Shown: positions 1 through 13,599, counted from the stretch's first letter. The stretch is DNA of 64,000 bases from Camelus dromedarius (GCF_036321535.1 NC_087437.1:63614001-63678000); one strand, 5' to 3'. Translations and numbers: made by a program. Notes: generated from the letters alone by a model not told the origin.

Positions 1-1742
1 CAGTTAGTTTAAATGAGTGGTGTTTAGCTATTTTGAAGGCTCACTATGATTATTCTGTTTTAAAAAGCAGTGCAGGGGTTTGTGACACTCAGAGAGCCCC
101 TAGCCTCAGCTTCAGAGCAGTGAGGGAGGGGCCGCTCTGGCAGGAGAGAGCAGCTCGACCCAGATGAGTTCCTTCGTGCAACTGTCTGACTATCTGACTT
201 TCTGGCACAACTTTAAAAAAGAAAAACAAAGGAGAGAGAACCCAGACACCCAGTAGTCCCCCAGTACTGTCTGAACTTGGAACTTGCGTGATTTTTAAGG
301 GCAGTTTCCCTTCATAACGCTCGGCTTGGTCTTAAGCAAGATGTATTCTTGATCTTATTCGGCCTCGTAGCCTGGAATGTAACAGGCCCCCAGACTGAGG
401 GTCTGGAGACGTTTTAGAATCTCCTTTTGGCTCTGCCAGCTGGGTATTCTTGGTAAACAAGGTGCCTTAGCTTTCGAGGGCCGGGATTACCCAGGTGGAC
501 AACCTGGGGGCCCTTGCAGCCCTGCCATTCTCTAAAAGCTGCAGGCGGCTGCCACAGTGCCAGTGAAGGGAGGTCCAGGAGGGGTCAGGCTCAGCTACAG
601 ATCATCTCCAAGTGCACAGGCGCAAAGACGGCCAGGGCGGTTCCTCCTGGGAGAAGCATTAGATGTGAGATCCTCTGTTTTCCCAGGAGTGAGAACATTT
701 GCTGAATCGAAAATCCTGGAGCTGGTGCAGACCCTTTTCTCAGACTCAGCGTTTCCCATTCTGTTAGTCAAGTCTCCAGGGAGCCATGGGAGAATTCTAA
801 GGAAGCGGAGAGCTTGAGGCCCCAGACACTGAACCCACCTGGCCTTTGCCAGGCGATGCCCAGGCCATGCCCAGGCCTCCCTCCCTGACCAAGTGCATCT
901 GTGTCTTCGGCATAGAGGGGAGGCTCTGTTCTGAGGATGTCTGTTCTGTCCTGAGGTTTTTCTTTCCTGGCTCGTCCAGCCTCTGGGTGGGGCTCCATAG
1001 GTTGGAAAGAACAGAAAGCATCAGGCACAGCCCATGGCTCCCTGTGCAAGCATGGGCAGTGGGGGTTCTAACCTCATTTGACTTCAAACCTGAAGTCAAT
1101 TTCGCCCTCCCCAAATTTTGCATCTTCTCTTGTGCTACAGGTTGTGACACGTGTCCTGTGTCAGTTCTCTCTCTTTCAGCCAAGAGACATTTTGAACAGG
1201 GTAGGGGATTAATAGTACCTCTTCTGAAATGCCCATTTCTCAAGGTTTTCTTTTCTTGACCAAAGCAGGAGGGGAGACTGTCAGTCAGTGGAGCATATCT
1301 GTATTCGTTGCTCAAACTACAGGACTCTAAACGTGTCCAATCAGACATTTTCCTTTGAGGGAGGCAAGGAGTCTGTCCTTCCTCCTTCTTTAAGCCTTTT
1401 TACTTCCTCAGCTGGGTCCTGAGAGGACTTGAACCACTTGCTTATAAGAGAGTTTAGAGTAATAAACATCTTAGCCAACACCAGAAATGTTTCTAAAAAG
1501 ACCAATATATCTTCTAGAACAAACAGTTTTTCTGAGAGAACATACCAACCAGTGAAAGTGGTTCCATCACAGGAGGCTTCCAGAGTGACTGCCTCTGGTG
1601 GGGAGTGGCTGTCACAATCCCAGAGTCATTCCCGGGCGAGTCAGCCCAGGCTGCTTGGGTTTCAGGGGATGGATCGTTTCCGGGCAGTGCACTCTTGGCT
1701 GGAATGTAGAAGCAGCAGGGCTTGGGGGAGGCCGGAGAATGA

Positions 1743-2095
1743 ATATGTACATGTGTATGTAAATGTATGTGTAGGTATGTGTGTAGAGATATATATACGT
1801 ATGTGTGTATAGGTGTACGTATGTGTAGATGTAGATGTACGTGTGTATACATATATGTGTATATGTATGTGTATGTGTGGGTATGTGTATGCATCTGCCT
1901 AAGTGTATAGGTGTATGTATATATGTGTATATGCATGCATGTGTATAGGTGTAGGTGTATGTGTGTGCATGTGTATAGGTATGTGTGTATGTACATGTGT
2001 ATGTGTGTGTAGGTATGTGTGTGTATATATGTGTATGTGTGTATAGGTGTGTGTGTGTGTGTATGTGTGGATATAGATGTATGTACACACATATG
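1743..2095. repeat. Degenerate (TG/TA)n alternating purine-pyrimidine microsatellite, ~350 bp
   Basis: tgtgtatgtgtgtaggtatg... repeats read directly. Confidence 0.95.
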
Positions 2096-2849
2096 CAGGC
2101 AGAATGGGTTTTCTCTTCCCATTTGCTCAGGTCATTTGCAGGAATTTTCTTTTGCCTTCCTGCCTTGTTGAGGGGTAGGAGCGTAGGAGTTCAGTACTTT
2201 ACCTGGGTTTGTTTATTTGAAGCTTGCAAAACCCCTAAGAGGTAGATATATATTAGCACCATTTTCCAAATGAAAAAGACAAACAAAGTAGCCTTGGAAG
2301 CTAAGGAATTTGCTGGAATTTACACAGCTTATAAATTCACAGAGCATAAAACTATGGTTTTCATAGCTAGTTTGGGGAACTATACACCTCACAGTGCCTT
2401 GGAGGAGTGTTACTGAACACCAGTATCTGTAACTAAGCCAATCACCAGCAGAGACTAAATCTGAAAAATTGGAGAATTTTTTTCAGATGAGCAGCTGACA
2501 AAATTGGCAAAACTCCAGCACCTCATTAACTGGCTGCCATGATTTGCCTTGAAGTTGGCAGCCTTACTGGTTCTTGGCATTACTGGTCTGAATGGGAAGA
2601 TGGTTGGCCAAACGGGCTGCTCCTAGTCTGTGTCCTCAGCTCGTTTTCCAGTCCTTAGTCAGGGATGGTTGTGATTGGCTACTGTGGTTTGCTTCTTAAA
2701 TTCTCTATCTCATTTTATACCAGTCCTAGCAGGATGAAAGAGGTAGGGCTGGAGTAACTTTTTATATATTATAAAGTTAGAAATAAACTCCTGCAATAAT
2801 GATGACAGTAAAGGCTAGTCAAGCCAGTCGATTTTCTGAGAACTTCCCC

Positions 2850-2990
2850 CAACAGCCCTGTAATCCAGTGTTATTATCATCCACATTTTACAGACAAGGA
2901 GACTGAGGCACAAAGAGGTTAAGAAGTAGTGAATGGGGGCCGAGGAGTGTTTAAACCCAGACGTGTGACTTCAGAGCTCACTGCGCTGGG
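2850..2990 (-). mobile_element. MIR SINE
   Basis: ttattatcatccacattttacagacaaggagactgaggcacaaagaggttaag core motif. Confidence 0.75.
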
Positions 2991-3466
2991 CTGCCTCTCA
3001 GTGGAGCGTGCATTTCCCGGGTCCCAGAGAAAGTGGAGACTGACCCCTACTTACGTCACAGATTACTGGCCTCAGGCCTGAAGGAGACATACACACATAC
3101 ACACACTGAACTCTCTCTCAAAACGTATTTTTGATGGGAAGAAGTCCACGCTTTCTGGGCAGCTTCTTAGATTTGTTCACTCTGAGAAATATGTTTATGA
3201 CTTGGGCAGAGCACAGGAAATTATGACTTGTAGACTGGAAACTAGCCAAAAGAGAGGATTTTTTCCCAGCAAATAGGTATTTGTGGGGCTTTCCATATAG
3301 GCAGGTGTGTACACAGGTGTGACCGTGTGGATGAGGAAGAGAGAGCTGGGACCAGGGACCACAGCTCCCACTCTCCAGGCCTCTCTCCAACAACAGAGCT
3401 AGTTCAAAAACCTGCTCTCCCTGCAATTCAGCAGAGTTGGGTGATGTTGTGCTTCTCTCTCCCCAG

Positions 3467-3769
3467 ACAAGCCGGACCCCCCAGCAGGCACGCCTTGTGC
3501 CTCTGACATCCGTAGCTCCTCGCTGACCCTGTCCTGGTATGGTTCGTCGTATGATGGGGGCAGCGCTGTACTGTCCTACAGCGTTGAGATCTGGGACTCA
3601 GTGGACAAGAAGTGGACGGAACTAGCCACATGCCGTAGCACCTCTTTTAACGTCCAGGATCTGCTGCCTGACCGAGAGTATAAGTTCCGCGTGCGTGCAA
3701 TCAACGTGTATGGAACCAGTGAGCCGAGCCAGGAGTCTGAACTCACAGCGGTGGGAGAGAAACCTGAGG
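3467..3769 (+). CDS. MYLK: MYLK exon, fibronectin type III domain (303 nt, phase 1-1)
   Basis: ccccag|AC AAG CCG GAC... (D)KPDPPAGTPCASDIRSSSLTLSWYGSSYDGGSAV...REYKFRVRAINVYGTSEPSQESELTAVGEKPE, ends GAG G|gtaggc. Confidence 0.97.
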
Positions 3770-4607
3770 GTAGGCTGCCTCCCCTTCACCATTGGCTTGC
3801 GATAAATGCGTGTGACTTACCTTGTGTGTGCAGAAACCTGTACGGAGAGGGGTACAGGGGAACTGGCAAGATATCAGCGATGACTGGTAGAGTCTATTGG
3901 GATCTTGATTACCAAGGTTGTGATGTGATCCATGCTTTAAAGGATGTCCACATGATCTTTCAAAAAGCTCTGAACCAGCAATTTTAGTACACTGCCACCA
4001 GGGGGCGATGGTGTGTTCATCAGATCACAGTCTGGGAAGGCAGGAGCTCAGGTAGACCTACAGATCTAACATCCTCCCCACCACTGCTTCCCTCCTCTTG
4101 CACTCATATTTGAGGGTCTATTCAGTGTCAGATTCCTGGGATGCAAAGACAGATGAAACAAGAAGCTTAAAATATAAGTAGGGGGGCAGCTGTGTAGACA
4201 GCTAACTAATGAGATGTGCTACATCCTGTTATTAGCAGTATAAAAAATTGTGGAGACACAGCAAAAAGCAGGAGTAATTTTGCCATGAAGGTTGGGAAAG
4301 TCTTCCTAGACGTGATACTTGTGCTGAGTCTTGGAAAAAAGAATGGGATTCCAAGAGGCAGGGAGGATAGGGAGAGGCATTCCTCTCAGAGGAGACAGCG
4401 GGAGTCAAGGTACAAAGTGATAGAAACACACGGCATTTTGAGACTCTCGTGTGTGGCCAGGGCACACGCAGCGTGAAACAGAGCGGGAGGAAGCCAGACT
4501 GAAAGGACAGTGTAGGTAAAGTTGTGATGTTCTCAAAGGTTTTCAGGCAGGGGGTTGATATGATTAGATCTGTGTTTTTAGAAAGAGAGTTAGTGGAAGA
4601 GTAGACC

Positions 4608-4778
4608 TGTGCTAACTCAAGGTGTGGTCTGGACCAACAGTCTTGGGATCTTGGGAGCTTGTTAGAAATGCAGGCTCTCTGCCCCCAACTCCCCTAGTCC
4701 CTTCTGAACCTTCATTTTAACATAATCCACCCCCACCCCCAGGGATTCATATACATGTGGAAGTTGAAAAGCACTGGA
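4608..4778. mobile_element. MER5A-like hAT DNA transposon
   Basis: ctcaaggtgtggtctggacc...gggagcttgttagaaatgcag...ttttaaca...aagttgaaaagcactgg. Confidence 0.75.
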
Positions 4779-5014
4779 GTAGAGGAGGGGGATGAAATTG
4801 GAGTCAGAGAGATGCCAGCTGGGACTCTGTGATGTAGTCCAGGAGAGGGATGCTAAAGACATAAACTAAAGCCTCAGGAGGTAGAACTGAAGCTTTTGGG
4901 GTAGAGTATTGAGGGAGAATGTTAGAAGAGTTTAAAATTACTGCCAGGGTCCTGGCTTGGGTAACTAAACACAAATTCAAGAGCCCTTTAGAGGTTTATT
5001 ATGATTCATGGTGG

Positions 5015-5220
5015 TTAATATATATTAAGCACTTGCTATATGCTATATGTTAAGCACTTGACACATTATTTTATGCATCTAATTCGATGAAGTAAATATT
5101 GTTTTTACCCCATTTTACAGATAGGAGAAATGAAGTTTAGAGGGGTGAAGCTACTTGCTCAGGGTCACAGAGCTTGTTAAACGATGAGTTGAAGCTTAAA
5201 CCCAAAGCTGTCTGACCCCG
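5015..5220 (-). mobile_element. MIR SINE
   Basis: ccccattttacagataggagaaatgaagtttagaggggtgaag...ttgctcagggtcacagagc. Confidence 0.75.
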
Positions 5221-7408
5221 TGTCTGATCTCCTTTGGTTAAACTGATGGAGAAGGTCAGGCTGCCTCCCAGTGACTTGGAGGTTAGACAGCAGGGAGTCC
5301 CACAGAACATGGAAGTTCTGGTATCCGTCCTGTTAAGTTGAGGTGTCTGAGGGATCTCCAAGGGGGTGGTGACTTCAGACTGTTGGATGGCTGAGTCTAG
5401 AGCTCAGGAGAAAGGTTAAAGCTCGAGCTGCAGATTTGGGGGTCTTTGCTATTTAATTGGCAGTGGAAGCCAGGGGCAGCCATGAGGTCACGCAGAGGGT
5501 GGTAGAGAAAGTCAACACTGACACAGAAATGAAGGAGCCTGTGCAACCAGAAGAACGGACTGAGAGGAGAGAACCAAGAAGGGGCTGGAGGGAGCCGTGT
5601 TGCAGAAACACAGGGAGCAGTGAGTGGCAAAGAAGAAAGACATGAGGACTCAGGAAGATTTTTGGATTTAGCCCTTTGATGTGCAGTGATCTTTCAGAGC
5701 AGAGCCCATAGCGTTTCTACAGGGTGGGAAATGGTTGCCCTGGGGCTAAGGAATAAATGGAAGAAAGAGAGACCAAGGGTATGAAATACTACTTCAAGAA
5801 GTTTCATTTGAAGAGAAGGGTGCTGTGGATTTAAGATGGAGGAAAGGTTGGGGGCAGGGCAGAAGGTGGAGGGACACTGAGGGAAAGAGCTCTGGGAGAG
5901 AGGAGAGCTTATAGGGGTGAGGCAGAGAGGAGAGCTAAAGGACCAGGAGCTGGATGGGGCACAGGTCCTGAAATCACCACATAACCAAGACATCATGAGT
6001 ATAGAAATTGTCATTACAGTTTGATACCCCTCTTTAATTTTAAAAATTAGGCAGAAAGCAAATATTAAACTTTACTTTCAAAGTAAATGAGGGCCTCAGA
6101 AAGAAAGTTTGGAGGATACCAATGGAAAACACACCAAATTTAGTTCTGCCTGTGCCGCCCTGTCTTGGGGGCCTTTACCCAGTGAGTCCTAGGGATACCT
6201 GCAGGGCAGCTCCTGAGAGTTGTAGCGTGCTGTGGGGGCGTGGATCGTAGATCCGGGCCCGGGACAGCCCTGCATGGCCTCTTTGCTGCTTTCATGGGGT
6301 TCTTGCCCATTAGCCGCTCACAGATGTCTGCTGGGAGAAACAGGGTAGCTGCCATTGGTTGCCTGTTGACACCTCCTTGCACCTTTGGCATGAGCAGAGT
6401 GGGGAGCAGACAGTTGAGAGCGGGGGTGCCAGGACAGGCAGCCAAGTTCCAGTGTGTGTGTTTTTAGCATATCACTTTGTCCAAGAAGACAACTCCCCAC
6501 CTCTTGGAAAAAGTGACAGAAAAGGAGATAACATTGCAGTGAGATGTGCTTACCTGGAAAGGAGAGCTTCCAGGTCCTTTATGGCAAAACCCAGGAGAAA
6601 CTGTAGAATCGCTGATGAGCCCCACAGGTGAGGAATGGTGATCATCAAAAAAGGCAGTGCCAATTAACCTTCCCTCCTTTAAGCCCAGCTTATATTGGCT
6701 CTCACCTTCCCCACAGCCACCACTGCCCTCCTGCCTCTGCTGCAGCGACTTTAGTTTTGGGCTTTGCCCTGACCTCTCAGTTCCATCCCTGCCCTCACTC
6801 TGTACTCACACGGAGTGCCCTGCACCCCTCCTGTGTTCCAGGCACTGCAGGGGTCGCTGGGGTCGGGGTTCCCACCGGCTGCACCACAATGTCTTCACAC
6901 CAGAGCACAGAGCCCCCCACAAAGCCACCATCCCCCGTCCCAGGCAGGTCCGGATCTCCATTTACTCAGCTCTCTTAAATCCGCTCCATCCTTGCTCCTC
7001 AGCCTGATCTGTTCTAGTCTATATCGCTGTTAGCAGACAGCTATGAAAGAAGCTTCTTGCAGAGTCGGGGCTTCCTTGAACCCTGAGGGTAGTTGGAGGT
7101 GCAGAACTCCTAGAGGCACAGGGTGCAAAGGGCCGGAGATCGGCCTCTCACCTGGTGCTGCTGCAGCTGCGCCGGCGCAACCCCAAGGAGGGGAGCCCTC
7201 TAGCACCCACTGGGCATGCAGCACCCCTCGCTGGGCAAAGGGACAGATCAGTCCAGGGAGCCGACTAGACACATGCAGTGTGAGGGCCAGAGCGCTCAGC
7301 TGGTCATCTCTCAAACACCACTCCAGAGGGATGCGGCCTATCTGTCTGCAGAAACATCTCAGAACCGTCTTCCAAATAGTTCTTCCACTTGCTCTTGGAT
7401 CTCATAGC

Positions 7409-7755
7409 TTTTTTAAAAAAATTATTTATTGTAATATGGTCAGTCATTGTCAACAAAATTGACAATGTTGTATCAATTTCTGGTGTACAGCATAATAGTT
7501 CAGTCATACATATACGTGCATATATTCGCTTTCATATTCTTTTTCATTATAGGTTACTACAAGATACTGAATGTAGTTCCCTGTGCTATACAGAAGAAAC
7601 TTGTTTATCTGTTTTATATATAGTAGTTAGTACCTGCAAATCTTGAACTCCCAATTTATCCCTTCCCACTCCCTTTACCCCCGGTAACCATGTTTGTTTT
7701 CTATGTAAATAAGTTCATTTGTGTCTTTTTTTTTTTTTTTTTTTTTTAGATTCCG
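7409..7755 (-). mobile_element. 5'-truncated young L1 3' end with target-site duplication
   Basis: L1 3' UTR text (tttctggtgtacagcataat...gttccctgtgctatacag...ggtaaccat...ttagattcc) flanked by ctcatag(c/a)ttttt at 7401 and 7756. Confidence 0.8.
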
Positions 7756-9899
7756 CTCATAGATTTTTCTGTGTAAAATTTTTAAAAATGTTTCATTGAA
7801 GTCCCTCCTACTGCAATCCAGCTCCTACCTCAGTGGAAAGTGGAAACCAAGTGGCCCCCTGTCTTATTACTACCCCTTTATGGTCTGAGAGCTTGCCTAA
7901 TGCAGTGCAGTCTTTCCTCCACTCCTCTGGGGCTCCTCCTCCTCTCATGGCCATTTTCCCTCCAGATAGAATGGAGGCCAAACGAGAAGGAAAAGGAGGA
8001 AGGGAGACTTCTCAGCCTGGAGCCTTGGTCTGAGTTCCACACAGAGAAAAATTGCCCTGTAACAGGGACCAGGAAGAGGGGCATGGATTCCCTGAGGCTG
8101 AGCTGGCTCCCCACGGCCATAGCATCAGGAAAGCATTCTGCATCTTGACTGCCAAGGAGAGAGGCGGGAGGTGAGGGTAGGTGTGGTGTTTGGGATGAGG
8201 GCATGAAGGCTAGCTCTGCGGTTTCTAACTGATGTCAAAGTGATGGAGAGAGGTCAGTTCTAGAAATGCATGCCCTCTTGGCAACCTGGGAGATGCCCCC
8301 GGGGGCTAAGTCATTGGAAAGCCCCTCATACACAGCATTGCTGCTACTTTTTCACTCAGAGAGGACAGACAGTTCCTCCCAGAGATACCAGGCCAAGAAA
8401 GCCTACCTCTCTGTCCTCTCTCATCCTGCTGGTCATTCCACACCAGGACACAGGAACAAAAAGGTCCAGGCAGCTCGAACCCCTGTCGGCTCGGCACCAG
8501 CAGTCAGGACAATGGGGCCTCCTTGACAGTAAATGTGATTATGATCGTTAATCTTTTGTCTCTGAGGCCCCATCTGGTGACTGGCATCCACAGGTGCTCC
8601 ATTAATGATTATTGAATTGACTTGAATCTCCTGCTTCCCTTATCCCTTAAAGCCTTGTTTGAAATACCGTTGTTGAATGCACCTAAACATCTCCTGAACC
8701 TGTTTATTGTTCTTATGGTAGCTCTTGAGATGTGAGTTCCAAATGCCTACAGGCTTCACCCTGTGTGAGGTATGACACTAAATGGTTCTCCCAAGTTATA
8801 GTTCTTTAGTTGGTAAAAGTTCGTAACCCTAATCTCACCCTTGTGAAAATCACTTATTGTGATTTTTTTTTTCGGTCGTGTTAGCTATAGACTCCTTTCC
8901 CAGCCAGAGAGAACTAACCTTTTCTGATCATCTTCATACAGCAGTTCTTCCTTCCAATATCCCATCCCTCCTCCAGGTCCATCCAGACTTCCTGGCTGCC
9001 AGCAGCCAGAGTTCCAGGATTACATGACCGCAGGCTCTTACCAAGGGCAGAGTATTCATACCTGTTTGCACCAGTGCACATTTCCCCAGTGGCAGCATTC
9101 TGTTGGTCAGAGCAGTAGGCTGAGGAACCAGGCTCCCACATTCGGTTCTAACTAGATAACCCTAGGGCTTATTACTCCAGAAGTCTGAGGGATTCAGCTC
9201 TCCCTGAGCATGTGACTCCATTATTGCCTTCCAGGTGTGTTACCCTTAGGTACATTCTGGTCATCTATGAATTTGACAGTGTCACTCTTAACTGTCAAAT
9301 ATGTGATTTAGAAGACTTAATCAGTTAAACTCACATCCTGGCAATATCTGTGAACCCCACCACTAATCCGAGAGTCCCCGTCATCTCATCCTTTTTTATC
9401 TTTCCATGGCTTTGTCCTTTCTGTGACAAATATTCCACCCAGTCCCACTCATGTTTAGTTTTCTAACTAAACTTCATCAACAGCATTTTAAGAATGCTAA
9501 ACAAATCATAGCTTGTCTTGCTCCTGGTCATATGCTTATAAACTCTCTCAAAACTCTTTTCTAGCACGGAGTACTTACCTTGTATGGGAACTGTGTTACT
9601 TTTCTCAGATTGTTTGCTTAGGTTTCAGTAATTTGTTCTGCCCTCAGCCTAACAGAGAGGCTCACTGTCTACAGTTCCAAGCTGCTTGTCCCCGACCCAC
9701 ACCTTCATCGCCAGCATTCAGCTTGCAGAGCTTGTAAAGCTCAGCCCCTCCCACGCAAGCCCTCCCTCCCAGCTGGGCAGTGTCTGACCAAGCCCTCCAC
9801 CGCAGCTGCTCTTGTCTTCCTTCCACGTGCCGTCCCCTGCCTTTCCTCAGTCTTGCTCTGCTGTGAGCTTTAGCAAATCACACCATTTCCCCGAGCCTT

Positions 9900-9902
<3 letters not shown>

Positions 9903-9937
<35 letters not shown>

Positions 9938-9938
9938 A
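9903..9938. repeat. (CA)n microsatellite
   Basis: Direct read. Confidence 0.95.
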
Positions 9939-11098
9939 CTCTTTAAAAATCCTTGTCCTCCCTCTCTGACTTCCACTGCTCTTTCTACCTCTTCAGGAAA
10001 CCTCCCTTGGCTCCAACCCTCAGCCAGGACACAGCCCGCATCACGGCTGAGTAGCCCCAAGCATGTTACAAAGCGTCCAGAGCTAGCCAGGGACCCTAGC
10101 AATCACCTGGAAGAACAGCTCCTTCCTTTCACAGACGAGGAGACTGAGGCCCAGGAAGGGAAAGGCACTTGGCCAAGGTCAAGAAGCCACAGTGGTCCTA
10201 TAGGGACAAATTACGCTAGCACAAAGGAAAGCCTGGACTTCTGAAGTGGGTTTGTCCCTCTGGACCCCGGCCTGTCCCCTCATGTCCCTTAATCTGCTCC
10301 TGACACAACTGTGTGAACAGCCAGCGTGGCTGCTCCCATCCCTCGTCGCCAGACCTTGTTACCACTCACTGGCTTCCTGTGTGATGTCACCCACCTCCTG
10401 CTGTGTTCCATCATTTCCTTTAAGATGATACTCAGGGGCTCCTTCTAGAAAAACTGGTCTGACTTTACACTCGCCCCGCTTTGTGTCACTTTGTCCATTG
10501 TCTGTTCCATTTGTACTGTGGTAGCACGTGCTTGATTATATAGCACTCATAATGGGTATTTCAAGTATATGTGTTTTTGCCTCTCCAACCAAATTATAAA
10601 CTCCAAGAAAGGAGGAAGATCATGCCATCTGTGTTTTGTTTTGTGTACCCACAATCACTGGCAGGATACCTGGTACATGGCTGGAATTCCAGAAGCAGTT
10701 CTCAGTAAATGGATAAATGGATTTGACACTAGTGACAACTATAAGCCGCTGACTTTTAGACCGGAGCAGACAGGGACAGTCACAGCTGTGTGTAGGTTCT
10801 GAAAGTCAGAGGGACTAGGAGAGATGTGAAGAAGGGCTGTCTAGGGGACCACGAGGCTAGAGAGGAGGGGATGGCGGGGAGAGCTGGTGGAGGAGGGGCC
10901 TGGGTGGGGCGAGGAGGCCAGGGCCTGCCGGTGTATATGTGGCCCTGTTGCAGGGAGGACCCTCCCACCCTGTGGTGAAGCCCAGAGCTCTGGGCTTGGT
11001 GGTCTTGTGCCTGGGAAGGCTGAGGCCTGACAGGTTCCCAGCGTGTTTCGCTCTTGATGGGCCTTCAGTACTTATCACCCGTGTCCTCTCTCCCCTAG

Positions 11099-11131
11099 AG
11101 CCAAAGGATGAAGTGGAGGTGTCAGATGACG
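11099..11131 (+). CDS. MYLK: MYLK 33-nt exon, acidic linker (E)PKDEVEVSDD
   Basis: tcccctag|AG CCA AAG...GAC G|gtgagt; phase 1-1, in frame with flanking exons. Confidence 0.93.
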
Positions 11132-11228
11132 GTGAGTGCTGGCCACTGCTCCTGGGCAGATGTGAGGGGTGGAGGTGGGTGAGGGAGGGGTCTGATGGCT
11201 CGTACTCACCCTGACCTCCACCCTGCAG

Positions 11229-11322
11229 ATGAGAAGGAGCCTGAGGTTGATTACCGGACCGTCACAGTCAATACTGAACAAAAAGTATCTGACTTCTATG
11301 ACATCGAAGAGAGACTAGGATC
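11229..11322 (+). CDS. MYLK: MYLK exon, start of kinase domain (D)EKEPEVDYRTVTVNTEQKVSDFYDIEERLG(S)
   Basis: ctgcag|AT...GGA TC|gtaagt; follows a 97-nt intron. Confidence 0.96.
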
Positions 11323-12345
11323 GTAAGTGGAGTGGGAACCAGCCTTCCGGCCGCCAGGGTGAGGGTGGCGCAGGCCCCACGGTGAAATTCCACGCCTCCT
11401 CTTTCTGTCCTTTCCTGGGTTCTGCCAGGTTCCCCAAACTGAGATGCCTGCAGAACCAGAAGGGGTTGTTGACCTGTCAGCACCCACGAAAGCATCGCCT
11501 GCCTGGGGATCTTAGGAGCTGCTAGAGCCCCAGGCTCAGCTCTGCCTGTTCTGTGCCCCTGTCTGCCACACAGGACATGACCCAGGGCGCTTGGCCTGTC
11601 TTGGCCTGTCTTTAGGACCTATTCCCTTTGATCCAAAGAAGTCAGTCCAGCCTGATCTGTGCTCTCTGTTCCACAATTCTGGCTTTAGTGCTTCAGGAAA
11701 GTGCACGCCCTTGACAGACACCTCCTGTCATCACCTCTCACTTCCTGAACTCATCCGCACTGTTTGCTTGGGCTCTTCCTGGGCTGTGGAGACCCCAGTG
11801 GGCTCAGACCCCAACCCTGAGCCCTCTCCAGGCTGTGCCCCTCAGCAGCTGCAGCCAAGGCTGTCTGCCTCCCACTGCCTCTCTCTCCCTGGGGAACATG
11901 GATAAGGGAGGAAAACAGAATGGGGCTCAGCTCTTATTTCCAGTGGGTTTATGGGAAATCAAGGAGTGACACCAACCTCAAGCATCCTGTACAAGGGTCC
12001 TGCTCTGTGGCGGAGGAACGCCACCACCCCTCTCCCTTTAGTGGGAAGCAGGGGCCTTCCTAGTGTCTCCAGGATACTGGAGCTGGAAGTGGCACAGAAG
12101 GAAGGCCACCAGACAGAAATTCTCTGTGTTGGGGGGACTTCCTTAACCTGGCACCATGGGTCCCTTTGAGGGGGAAGGAGGAGGAGCCTGTCACCAAGAT
12201 TTAGGCCTTAGGAGATGACAGTCCTAAAAGAACAGCAGGACTGGACAGTGTTCGGGTGGGCATGTGGGGCCGGACACCAGCTGAGGTTGACAAGTGATGG
12301 AGAGTAGGTTCATGAGTAATAGAAATGCACTCCATTGATCTAGAG

Positions 12346-12560
12346 CAGGGGCTGGCAAACTTCTTCTGTGAAGGGCCAGATAATGGGTATTTTAGGTTTT
12401 GTGGGCCATTCGGTCTACGCTGCAACTACTGCTCTGCTACTGAAACACAGAAGCAGCCATAGACAGTCTGCACGCCAAGGGGCAAGGCTGTGTTCCTGTG
12501 AAACTTTATTTATAAAAAGAGGTGGGCCAGATGTGTCCCACGGGCGAAGGCTTGCCAACC
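12346..12560. mobile_element. MER58A-like hAT DNA transposon
   Basis: cagggctggcaaac...ctgtgaagggccagata...gcagccatagac...ggctgtgttcc...aaactttattta...ttgccaacc; imperfect terminal inverted repeats. Confidence 0.8.
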
Positions 12561-12616
12561 AATTCAGCGGAAAGCTTGGCTAAATTGCCTTTTTTCTCCT
12601 CCCCCTTCATTCGCAG

Positions 12617-12820
12617 TGGGAAATTTGGACAGGTCTTTCGACTTGTAGAAAAGAAAACTGGAAAAATCTGGGCAGGGAAATTCTTCAAGGCATATTCAGC
12701 GAAAGAGAAGGAGAACATCCGGCAGGAGATCAGCATCATGAACTGCCTCCACCACCCTAAGCTGGTCCAGTGCGTGGACGCCTTCGAGGACAAGGCCAAC
12801 ATCGTCATGGTCCTGGAAAT
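12617..12820 (+). CDS. MYLK: MYLK kinase exon: Gly-rich loop, catalytic Lys, helix C
   Basis: tcgcag|T GGG AAA TTT GGA CAG = (S)GKFGQVFRLVEKKTGKIWAGKFFKAYSAKEKENIRQEISIMNCLHHPKLVQCVDAFEDKANIVMVLE, ends AT|gtgagt. Confidence 0.98.
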
Positions 12821-13599
12821 GTGAGTGGCCTGCTGCCGGGCCGCCCAGGCTCTGTGAGCCCGGGAGCCCCTCATGCGCCTCCCTCACTGTCCAGATGCCG
12901 CCCTCTGCCCCAAGATGGAGAGCGCTGCAGGCAGGGGTGTGACACGCAGGACGCTCACCAGCCCGACCGGCCAGGGGCTGACTCCTGGGAACAGTCGGTC
13001 TGTGCACAGTGCTGGCCCTGACCCCCGTTCCCCAGCCTGCTGCTCACTTCCATGACAAACTGGCAGGTCTTTGAGGGCCCTGCCCCCTTCTCACCCCCAC
13101 CTCCCTGTGAGAGGCCCAGGGCTAACCCTAGGCTCCTTGGTTTCGTTCAGGACATTCTGACCTAGAAGTGGCTTTTGAGTAGAAGAGGAGAGACAGAGCG
13201 ACTTCCTGAGCAGTCTGCGAGAGATAAGGTGGCCCAGGGCTGGGAGCTCAGAATGCAGGACTATAACCCTTGCTCCCATCCTCCTGCTCTGTTCTGCATG
13301 CCTCTGGTCCACACTTGTTTGTTCTCGCTTGACCTCTCACCCACCAGAGTAGCACTTTCTGAGCTGGGTTGTACAGAGGCAGGGGGATGATCAGATGACC
13401 TCCAGCCGAGGCTTCCCCAGGTTTCTTCTAGTTCCAACCCTCCACCTCTCTCATCTCTGAGCTGCTGGTCAGCATGCACACAGACACACCCACAAATACA
13501 CACACACACACAAATGCACACAAACACACATACATACATAAACACAGAAACGCACAGACTGGAGTCATTAAACCAGGCATCCTCCAGAGTGTATATTTT

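Larger units (their letters stand above)
4110..5800 (-). mobile_element. L2 LINE fragments interrupted by MER5A and MIR
   Basis: Purine-rich L2-like text (gatatgattagatctgtgtttttagaaag; gtagtccaggagagggatg; ctagagctcaggagaaagg). Confidence 0.6.

Noticed and set aside
1514..2245. His/Thr/Tyr- and Val/Cys-rich ORFs up to 202 aa
   Set aside because: Translations of the TG/TA microsatellite.
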